NCBI GenBank assembly: GCA_965219085.1
Contig: OZ244720.1
Location: 2,816,001-2,880,000 of the forward strand
Reading direction: 5' to 3'
Length of the DNA stretch: 64,000 nucleotides
Source of the DNA: Dehalococcoidia bacterium
GTDB lineage: Bacteria > Chloroflexota > Dehalococcoidia > UBA2979
Shown here: piece by piece, positions 30,373-38,936 of the stretch
Layout of the letters: every line of letters begins with the position of its first letter
Position numbering within the stretch: the stretch's first letter is position 1
The notes under the pieces: generated by a model
The model's input: the letters and a program-made list of their open reading frames with translations, nothing else
Databases searched by the model: none
What the model was told of the DNA's origin: nothing
Program-made: the position numbers and the translations under genes

Positions 30373-31415
30373 CCCGCCACTCCCCGCAGGGCTGCTACTC
30401 GGTGGTCAGCGTCTCGCGGTACGCCTCGAACTGCTCGTAGAACTTCTCGATGGTGAGGCCGAAGGCCTGCTCGAACGCCTCGTAGAAGGTCTGCGCTGAT
30501 GGCAGCAGGCGGAAGTACTCGAGGAGCGCCTTCTCGCCGGCGAAGTCGGCGAGCCAATGCGCGGCGACGGAGGAGAGCGCGGCCTCACTCACCTGATTCC
30601 TGAAGGGGTCGTCTCGATCGCTATAGCGCTTCTCGAAGCTGCTCAGTGGCTTGGGCGTATTCAATGCGAGACGTATCTGTCCGAGGAGAATGGCATCGAG
30701 ATCAGCGGCCCCAATGTGAGCATCGTATCTGGCGGCGGCGTACTCGGGGACGCCTTCGCAGAGCCAGAATATGCCCCAAAGGCACTGCGCATTTGCTCCC
30801 GGGGTTCGTAGAGGTATCGTGGATGATGGCGGAGCTAAGTCGAAGAGAATGCTTCTGAAATGGTTACTAGCCAAACGGCTCTTCTGAACCGATCCATGAG
30901 GAACATAGAAGGTATGGTGTACGGGTTCGCAGCCGAGTACAATCGTTAGGCTATGTGTGAGTACCATTGGAATGAAACATCCACTCCCTACTTTGAGCAC
31001 ACTCACGAACGTCGATGGAAATGACTCGGCATCAACGACGTAGACTGTGTATTCTGCAGCGGGTCCGCCAAAGCGCCGTTCATAGAATTCGGTAATTTCC
31101 GAGACTTCGGCTCGTATCTCAATCGCAGCGAGAGACGCTGCGTCGCTCAGTGAAACGACGACGGGCTCGATGCGGTCATCCGTGAGGTGTGGGTAGATCG
31201 GTGCCCTCTCGTGTCGGTAGAGTTCGACTGCCTCGTAGTAGTCATCGACCTCGATCCCAAAAGCCAGTCGGAAGGCGTGCTCCCAGCGATCGTGGATCCT
31301 CCCGAGCCGGTAGAAGTCAGCGAGGGATTCCTCCCCCTGACCTGACCCCTTGAAACGGGACCACCGTTGATGAGAGTCCTTTGGCCCATGAAAGTGGGCA
31401 GAGGAGGACATCACG

Positions 31416-31694
31416 GTGAAACGACGCAGGCACACGCCCGAGCAGATCGTGCGCAAGCTGCGCGAGGTGGAGCGGCTGCTCGGCGAAGGGCAGACGATCG
31501 CCGAGGCGGCGAAGCAGGTCGAGATCTCGGAGCAGACCTACCACCGCTGGCGCAACCAGTACGGCGGGATGAAGGCCGACGACGCCAAACGGCTGCGCGA
31601 GCTGGAGCGCGAGAACGTCCGGCTGAAGCGGATCGTCGCCGACAAGGAACTCGAGATCGACGCGCTCAAGGAGATAGCGAAGGGAAACTGGTAA
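31416..31694 (+). CDS. IS3 transposase OrfA
   Basis: HTPEQIVRKLRE, HTH, WRNQYGGM, leucine zipper; ends at the AAGGGAAAC -1 frameshift window. Confidence 0.92.
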   Translation: MKRRRHTPEQIVRKLREVERLLGEGQTIAEAAKQVEISEQTYHRWRNQYGGMKADDAKRLRELERENVRLKRIVADKELEIDALKEIAKGNW

Positions 31695-32590
31695 GCCCGT
31701 CGCGCCGGCGCGAGGCGGTCTGCATGTTGCAGGACCGTCTCGGGTTGTCGGAACGGCGGGCATGCCGGGTCACCGGCCAGCACCGCTCCACGCAGCGCCG
31801 CCTCCCGGCGCGCGGCCGCGGCGACGAGGCGCTCAGGACGGAGTTACACGCCTTCTCGCGTGGCCACCCCCGCTGGGGGTACCGCCGGGCCTAGGCGACC
31901 TTGCGCGAGGAGGGCTGGGGCGTGAATCGCAAGCGGGTGCAACGGCTCTGGCGTGAGGAGGGGCTGCGCGTCCCGCTGAAGCGGCGCAAGCGTCAGCGCC
32001 TGGGGGACTCGGCGGTACCCGCCGTGCGGCTGCGTGCTGAGCGGCCGAACCACGTCTGGGCGCTGGACTTCCAGTTCGACCAGACCGCGGACGGGCGGGT
32101 CCTGAAGCTGCTCAACATCGTCGACGAGCACACACGGGAGGCGCTGGCGGTGGTGGCCGCCAGGCGCATCAACGCCGACGCCACCGCCGCCACGCTCGAC
32201 CGGATCGTCGCCTGGCGCGGAACGGCGCCGGGGTACATCCGCTGCGACAACGGGCCCGAGCTCACGGCCAACGCCTTGCGCGACTGGTGCCGGTTCAGCG
32301 GCACCGGCAGCAGCTACATCGAGCCTGGCGCGCCGTGGGAGAACCCGTACGTGGAGTCGTTCAACGGCCGGCTGCGCGACGAGTTCCTGGCCGTCGAGCA
32401 GTTCGACAGCCTGCTTGAGGCGCAGGTGCTGCTCGAGGACTGGCGGATCGAGTACAACACGAAGCGCCCGCATAGATGGCATGAGGGCCGGTCCCCTCCT
32501 CACAGCGGATACTCGTCTCCGCCGGGAGCACGGCCTCGATGGGCTAGGTAGCGGCTCGGCAAGGAGCCTGAGAGAGGTAGGAGACCGGCC

Positions 32591-33676
32591 ATGCGGCAGG
32601 ATATCGCAACGATGCGCATCGACGACAGGGATGGGGCCGCCGTCATCGTCGGCCTCGACGTGGGCGATCGTTACACGCACGTCCACGCGCTCGGCGCCGG
32701 CGGAGAGGCGGTGCGCGAACGGCGCGTCCGCACCACGGCGGCGTCGCTGACTACAGCGCTGGCCAGCCTGCCTCCAGCGCGGGTCGTGCTCGAGGCGGGG
32801 CCGCGCTCGCCGTGGCTAAGCCGCCTCGTGGCGGACCTCGGCCACGAGGCGGTCGTCGCCAACCCTCGCCAGGTGGCGCTGATCGCCCGCAGCCAGCGCA
32901 AGACCGACCGGCTCGACGCCGCGTGGCTGGCGCGGCTGGGGCGCTTCGACCCGGAGCTGCTCGCCCCGATCCGCCACAGGAGCGAGCGAAGCCAGCACGA
33001 CCTCGCCGTGGTGCGCGCCCGCGACGCACTGGTGCGCACCAGGACGTTGCTCATCAACCACGTGCGTGGGGCCGTCAAGGCCTGCGGCGCCGCGCTGCCG
33101 TCGTGCACGGCCGAGGCCTTCCACCGCAAGATGGGGGACCACATCCCCGACGGGCTGCGCCCGGCGCTGCTGCCGCTGGTGGAAACGATCGGCGAGCTGA
33201 CCGCGCGCATCGCGGCAGCCGGCCGCGAGGTCGACGCGCTGTGCGAGGCTCACCCCGAGACCGCGGCGCTGCGCCAGGTCACCGGCGTGGGGCCGATCAC
33301 GGCGCTCACGTTCGTGCTGACGATCGAGGACCCCGGCCGCTTCCCGAAGAACCGGGAGGTGGGGGCCTACCTCGGGCTCGTGCCGCAGCAGCGGGAGTCT
33401 GGGGAGCGAGCGCCACAGCTCGGCATCAGCAAGAGCGGCGACGCGGGCCTGCGGCGGCTGCTCGTGCAGGCTGCGCACTACATCCTCGGCCCCTTCGGAC
33501 CCGATACCGACCTGCGCCGCTGGGGTGAGCGCTACGCCGCTACGGGGGCCGGCAACGCGAAGAAGCGCGCCGTCGTGGGCGTCGCGAGGCGGCTGGCGGT
33601 GCTGCTGCTCGCGCTGTGGAAGAGTGGCGAGGTCTACGAACCGCTACGTCACGCCGCAACCCGCGAGGCTGTGTAG
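32591..33676 (+). CDS. IS110-family DEDD recombinase/transposase
   Basis: VGLD, VLEAG, KTDRLDA (DEDD RuvC-like), GVGPITA, YLGLVP..ESG (catalytic Ser region); AGGAG RBS; intact frame. Confidence 0.95.
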   Translation: MRQDIATMRIDDRDGAAVIVGLDVGDRYTHVHALGAGGEAVRERRVRTTAASLTTALASLPPARVVLEAGPRSPWLSRLVADLGHEAVVANPRQVALIARSQRKTDRLDAAWLARLGRFDPELLAPIRHRSERSQHDLAVVRARDALVRTRTLLINHVRGAVKACGAALPSCTAEAFHRKMGDHIPDGLRPALLPLVETIGELTARIAAAGREVDALCEAHPETAALRQVTGVGPITALTFVLTIEDPGRFPKNREVGAYLGLVPQQRESGERAPQLGISKSGDAGLRRLLVQAAHYILGPFGPDTDLRRWGERYAATGAGNAKKRAVVGVARRLAVLLLALWKSGEVYEPLRHAATREAV

Positions 33677-33683
33677 GGGCGAG

Positions 33684-34740
33684 GCAGCGTAGCAGGCGGC
33701 GGGGAGCGGAGAGCAGGAAGGAAGAATCCGAGCGCGAACGAAGCCTTGCACGTGATGCCGAACACGGGCGACTGCGACAGGCTGCTTGTCCCACCGAGGA
33801 CGCCGCATAGCTGGCAGCGCCCCCTGGAAGCAGGATGTGCCTTCATGCACCGGACCCGACGCGCGGTCCATCGAGAGTGCGGATAGAAGCTCGGCACGGG
33901 CTCCGCCACCGGACATCACGAGTAGCTCGGCCCGGACCAGGAGAGGCGTCGTACCCGGAGGAGGCCGCCACGTCGGCCTTGCGGAAAGACCGTCCCTCAT
34001 AGAAGGCAGCGTAGCAGGCGGCGGGGAGCGGAGAGCAGGAAGGAAGAATCCGAGCGCGAACGAAGCCTTGCACGTGATGCCGAACACGGGCGACTGCGAC
34101 AGGCTGCTTGTCCCACCGAGGACGCCGCATAGCTGGCAGCGCCCCCTGGAAGCAGGATGTGCCTTCATGCACCGGACCCGACGCGCGGTCCATCGAGAGT
34201 GCGGATAGAAGCTCGGCACGGGCTCCGCCACCGGACATCACGAGTAGCTCGGCCCGGACCAGGAGAGGCGTCGTACCCGGAGGAGGCCGCCACGTCGGCC
34301 TTGCGGAAAGACCGTCCCTCATAGAAGAAGCTCGGCACGGGCTCCGCCACCGGACATCACGAGTAGCTCGGCCCGGACCAGGAGAGGCGTCGTACCCGGA
34401 GGAGGCCGCCACGTCGGCCTTGCGGAAAGACCGTCCCTCATAGAAGCAGGATGTGCCTTCATGCACCGGACCCGACGCGCGGTCCATCGAGAGTGCGGAT
34501 AGAAGCTCGGCACGGGCTCCGCCACCGGACATCACGAGTAGCTCGGCCCGGACCAGGAGAGGCGTCGTACCCGGAGGAGGCCGCCACGTCGGCCTTGCGG
34601 AAAGACCGTCCCTCATAGAAGAAGCTCGGCACGGGCTCCGCCACCGGACATCACGAGTAGCTCGGCCCGGACCAGGAGAGGCGTCGTACCCGGAGGAGGC
34701 CGCCACGTCGGCCTTGCGGAAAGACCGTCCCTCATAGAAG
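33684..34740 (+). repeat. Tandem nested copies of the IS1111 right end: units of 322, 322, 119, 175 and 119 bp
   Basis: Units 33684-34005, 34006-34327, 34328-34446, 34447-34621 and 34622-34740 all end CCCTCATAGAAG. Confidence 0.95.
33765..33895 (+). ncRNA. Putative bridge RNA/seekRNA core of the IS1111 element (boundaries approximate; identical copy 322 nt downstream)
   Basis: Target guides CAGGCTGCT (33778-86) and CCGCATAG (33803-10) flank a GTCC/GGAC stem; donor-like guides TGCCTTC and ATAGAAG flank GCAC/GTGC and GGACC/GGTCC stems. Confidence 0.8.
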
Positions 34741-35965
34741 CAGCCTGGGCTGGCTCGCCCCGGCTGCCTACGCCGAGCGCTGGGAGACTCAGCTACACGC
34801 TGGACTCTCATAAGCGGTGGACTCGCGAAGGGGGTCCGGTCACCCCGCGTAATCCGCGAGCCACTCAGCGGCGATGAATCCCAATGCATACGTCAGCCAG
34901 AAGTGGCTTCGGTCGAAGTCGTGCACTTCACCGGGAGTTCTGGTGAGTTGTTCGACGGCGAAGCTGGGATTGCGGGCTCTACGCCCGACCTCCAGATCGT
35001 ACACATATTGGGCGTAGTCGGCAGTGCCCTCGCTCATCCAATCGGGACCGAAGTACAACTCGTCCGTTTCCATGGCGAGGACGTTCTGGAGGACGTGAAA
35101 GTACTCGTGTGCTACTGCACTCGCGCTGCAGCCGGGGAACTGGAACTCGATGACATCGTGCGAAACCGTGCAGTAGAACGTGTTGCCGGCGTCGACGTCG
35201 ACCGTGTAGTCGGTGGTGTGTACGCCGAAGCGCATCGCGACCACGTCGGTGGCGCTCTCGAACAGCGCCCGGACCTCGTCGCGCTGCTCAGCCGTGATGT
35301 CGTCGGCGAAGACGAACGTTGGCCGCGCCGTCCCGCGTTCCCACCACCGTGCGTCTCTCGACAGTTCGAGCCGCAGCGCCTGCCCGCGGGCGAGCGTCGT
35401 GAGCCCGACGTCGTCCGCGTCCGCACCGTAGTGCACGTACCGTTGCGTCTCGGCCTCCCACCTCGACGCCTCCACGGGCTCGTCGCCAAAACGGGCGAGG
35501 GCATCCGCGACAGGCGTGCCGTCCGCGCCCGTCCAGCCCATGAGGTTCCACCCGGCGCGGAGGGAGATCACGACGCCCTCGCCGGAGACGAGGCGGGTCC
35601 ACTCGACGGTCGAGTCGCCGTCGAGAAGCAGCCACGGCCCCATCCCCCCGTGAGCGTCGGCAGGTCGCTGTACCGGCGTCGCAGGGCGTGCTGGTAGGCC
35701 TGCTCCTCGGCGTCCCACGCCGAGACCTGCCGCAGCGCCGGGATCGCGTCGAACAGCTCCGAGGTGGAGGTGCTCGGCCCGACCCAGCCGACCATGTTCC
35801 AGCCGGGATACAGCACGGCGGTGATCGTGTCCGCCTCGGATGTTCCCGCCGGGTCGGACGAGGCGACAGCGTGCGCGGGCGCCACTCCGACACCGAGCAC
35901 GAGGAGCGCGAGCGCCGCGAGGAGCGCGCGCCGGAGGTGTGCGGGCGGGAGCGGGCTCGATGCGG

Positions 35966-37195
35966 TCATGGCGCCTCCAGCGTCTCGCGGTACGCCTCGA
36001 ACTGCTCGTAGAACTCCTCGAACGTCAGGCCGAACGCGCCCTCGAACGCCTCGTCGCGACTCCGCGCCTCGGGCAGGCGGCGGTAGTAGTCGAAGATGGC
36101 CGGGTCACCGGCGTGGTCGGCGAGCCACTCGACAGCGAGGAAGCCGAGTCCATGCACGGCACGCCGCGTGACCCCGCCTGGGTTCGCGTCTCGCTCCAGC
36201 TCCCGGAGGGGAACGGCCGTGTGCGCCGCTCCCACGACCTGGCCGTCACGGTACCGCAGTGCATCCTCGGAGCCGAGCGCGTGGCGGGCCTGGGCGAGCA
36301 CGTAGATCTCGGATCCGGCGTCGAGCCACTCGGGGAGGCTCGGGTGCCACGGGTCGGTGTTCACAGGCACGAGGCCCCTGAAGTACAGCCGGGCGAGTTG
36401 GTCTAGCGAGAACTGCTCGACGCACCGGGAGCAGACGTAGATCTGCACGCCGCTGCCGAGGACGGCAAAGCGCTCGGCTAAGAAGCCGTCGAGCGCCCGG
36501 TACCTGTCGAGGAGGTCGTCGCGTAGCTGCTGCGGCAGGTCACCGTAGAACGAGATCGGCGGGGTCGAGACACCCACCTGCCACCAGCCGCGCGCCCTCG
36601 GCGTCTCGACCCAGATCGCATCGCCGCGATGCAGCCTGGACAGGGTGTCCGCACCGTCCAGCGTACCCGGTGCGTAATGCTCGAATCGCTGCGACCGGGC
36701 GTTCCACTGCGACGAGCGGTCGACGTCACTGCCCAGCCGCCCGAGGGCGCTATCCAGACGTGTCGTGTCCTCGCCCGCCGATGCCACGAGGTTCTGTCCT
36801 GCGTACGGCGGGAGCACCAGGGCTTCGTCCGACACCGCGCGCGTCCACTGGACGGTCGCGTCGCCGCGCAGGCGCAGCCAGAGGCCCATGCCGCGTTCAA
36901 CCGTCGGCAGTTCGCCGTCCCCGTATCGCCCGGCGTGCCGGTAGCGTCCGTGGTTCGCGTCCCACGCCGAGACCTGCTGGAGGGTTCGGATCGCGTCGAA
37001 CAGCTCCGAGACCGGGCTGTCCGGCGCGACCCAACCCACCATGTTCCAGCCGGGGTACAGCGTCGACGTGATCGTTTCTTCTGCCGGCTCGCCCGAGGTC
37101 GGCGCGGCGTTGGCGCGGTCGGGAGACAGCCCCATGCCCACCACGGCGAGCACTACGAAGCCGGCGAGGAGCGCGTGGCGCAGACGGGGAGCCAT
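35966..37195 (-). CDS. Array gene C: secreted protein with PGWNMVGW domain and one degenerate peptidase-MA-like domain
   Basis: Signal peptide, TLYPGWNMVGW, PEWLDAG, LGFLAVEWLADHAGD...[17 protein letters not shown]; no HExxH. Confidence 0.85.
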   Translation of the reverse strand: MAPRLRHALLAGFVVLAVVGMGLSPDRANAAPTSGEPAEETITSTLYPGWNMVGWVAPDSPVSELFDAIRTLQQVSAWDANHGRYRHAGRYGDGELPTVERGMGLWLRLRGDATVQWTRAVSDEALVLPPYAGQNLVASAGEDTTRLDSALGRLGSDVDRSSQWNARSQRFEHYAPGTLDGADTLSRLHRGDAIWVETPRARGWWQVGVSTPPISFYGDLPQQLRDDLLDRYRALDGFLAERFAVLGSGVQIYVCSRCVEQFSLDQLARLYFRGLVPVNTDPWHPSLPEWLDAGSEIYVLAQARHALGSEDALRYRDGQVVGAAHTAVPLRELERDANPGGVTRRAVHGLGFLAVEWLADHAGDPAIFDYYRRLPEARSRDEAFEGAFGLTFEEFYEQFEAYRETLEAP

Positions 37196-37308
37196 CGGTA
37201 CGCGGCGTCGCGTCACGGCAGCATCAGTCCCGCGCGGTGTTCCTCGAACTCCTCTTAAAACGCGTCGACGGCGATGCCGAAGGTGGCCTCGAATCGCTCT
37301 CGCCATAT

Positions 37309-38936
37309 TGTCGTTGAGCAGCGATTCGGTCAGTAGTTAACGGAGCAGCGATTCTGTCAGTCCCCAGCCAGCGAGCAGGGGGTGACAGTGCAGCAGTCCG
37401 AAGAAGCACGACGCTACGTACTCGACAGGGTGATGGCCGGAGATCTGCGAGCCTCTCAGGCCGCCGAGATCCTGAGCATCAGCGAGCGACACGCGTGGCG
37501 GCTCCTCGCCGCCTACCGCGCGCGCGGAGCCGCGGCGTTGGAGCACGGCAACCGCGGGCGCCGTCCGCACAACGCCGTCCCGGCCGACGTCGCCTCGGCC
37601 GTGGTGCGCTTCGCCACCACCCGCTACCCGGGAGCGAACCACACCCCACCTCGCCGAGTTGCTCTGGGAGCACGAGGGCCTGGACGTGAGCAGTTGGACC
37701 GTCCGCCGGATCCTGGCGCGGGCCGGCATCGCGAGTCCCCGCCGGCGCCGGCCGCCCGAGCACCGTGTCCGGCGTGAGCGGATGCCCCGCGAGGGGATGC
37801 TGCTCCAGGTCGACGGCAGCCACCACGCCTGGCTCGAGCAGCGCGGCCCGCGCTCCGCCCTGCTGCTCGCCGTTGACGATGCGACCGGCGCAGCCGTGCA
37901 CGCCCTCTTCCGCCCCGTCGAGGACGCGCGCGGCTACTTCCTGTTGCTGGAGGAGATCGTCCGGCGCTGCGGCATCCCGCTCGCCCTCTACAGCGACCGC
38001 CACGGCGTCTTCAAAGCCTCCTCCGACGGACGGCGGGGCCTGAAGGTCGCAACCCAATTCGCACGGGCGATGCGGGAACTCGGGATCACCCAGATCTTCG
38101 CCCGCTCACCGCAGGCCAAGGGCCGCGTGGAACGTGCCGCGGGGACGTTCCAGGACCGCCTGGTGACCGAACTCAGCGACGCCTCGGCCTCCACCATCGC
38201 CGAGGCCCAGACCGTGCTCGAGCGCTTTCTGCCGCGCTTCAACGCCCGCTTCCGGGTCCCGGCAGCCGAGCCCGCGGTGGCCTACCGCCCGCTCGACCCC
38301 GCGCTCCCGCTCGCCTCCATCCTCAGCTTCCGGCACCCCCGCAGCGTCGCCCGCGACAACACGGTCAAGTACCGCTGGCGCACGCTCCAGCTGCTGCCCG
38401 GGCCCGAGCGGACCAGCTACGCCGGGGCGCAGGTCGAGGTGGTGGAACGGCCGGGCGGCGAGCTCTCCGTCCTGCACCAGGGGGAGACGATCCCCTCGCG
38501 CGAGGCACCGCCGCGCGCCGGGGTGCTGAGGGCGGCGCGCTCCGAGCTGGCCCGGAACCCCGACCACGAGCGCATCGCCTCAGGGCTCGGTTCCGGAGGA
38601 GCACCCCGGCGACTCCCCGTGGCGCCCGCCGTCCTGGCGGCGGAGGGTGCGCCCAACGGGGCCGCCGTGAAGCCCGAGCCCGGGAGCAAGCAGCTCCGCC
38701 CACCCACGCCCCGACAGCTCGCCCGCTGGAAGGCCATCCAGCAGGCGCAGTTGCAGGGGCTCTCGATGCGGGCGACTGCCAGGCTGCTCGGTATCTCCCG
38801 TGTGACCGTCAGCAACTACGTCCGCGCCAACGGGGTGCCTGGACGCCGGAACGGCGCTACGGCACCCTCCGGCGGCCAGCGCGGTACTGACAAAGTCGCT
38901 GCTCCGTTGGACTGACAGAATCGCTGCACGTCGACA
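37309..38936 (+). mobile_element. ISNCY/IS1202-like insertion sequence
   Basis: TGTCG...CGACA ends, 7-bp target duplication GCCATAT (37302-08, 38937-43), two GCAGCGAyTyyGTCAGT-like sites at each end. Confidence 0.9.
37382..38915 (+). pseudogene. ISNCY/IS1202-type DDE transposase with a +1 frameshift near 37645
   Basis: N-terminal HTH (AAEILSISERH, HGNRGR), LLQVDGSHHAW, YSDRHGVF, SPQAKGRVER, C-terminal HTH. Confidence 0.85.

Larger units (their letters stand above)
32474..34740 (+). mobile_element. IS110-family, IS1111-type element with five tandem right ends
   Basis: AG core at both junctions; sub-terminal IRs ATGAGGGCCGGTC (32481-93) and GACCGTCCCTCAT (34723-35), 12/13 match, 7 nt from the left end and 3 nt from the right; long 3' non-coding region. 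Confidence 0.92.
31691..34813 (+). pseudogene. IS3 transposase OrfB (DDE) with premature TAG at 31892-31894 and IS1111 insertion
   Basis: WALDF, DNGPE, ESFNGRLRDE; YNTKRPH is joined to SSLGWLAPAAY when the IS1111 is removed. Confidence 0.88.
31338..34842 (+). mobile_element. IS3-family element (IS407-like), inactivated, carrying a nested IS1111
   Basis: Terminal IRs TGACCTGACCCC.../...GGGGTCCGGTCA, 4-bp CCCC target duplication, orfA/orfB organisation. Confidence 0.92.
30395..35969 (-). pseudogene. Array gene D: secreted gluzincin/peptidase-MA-like protein, frameshifted near 35645 and split by an IS3 element
   Basis: Signal peptide, LYPGWNMVGW domain, HEYFH...WMSEG; removing IS 31338-34842 and one CCCC restores WLADYAG-EESLADFYRL. 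Confidence 0.85.

Noticed and set aside
31892-31894. Recoded TAG in IS3 orfB
   Set aside because: It sits where a TGG (Trp) would fit, in an element already disrupted by IS1111. A simple nonsense mutation is more likely.
33684-34740. CRISPR array or multi-guide RNA array
   Set aside because: Units are 119-322 bp nested copies of the IS right end with no unique spacers and no cas genes. The two complete guide loops are identical, so there is no guide diversity.
33644-34889. ORFs called in the IS1111 downstream region (e.g. 33843-34889 minus)
   Set aside because: They are repetitive translations of the duplicated non-coding end, with no protein motifs.
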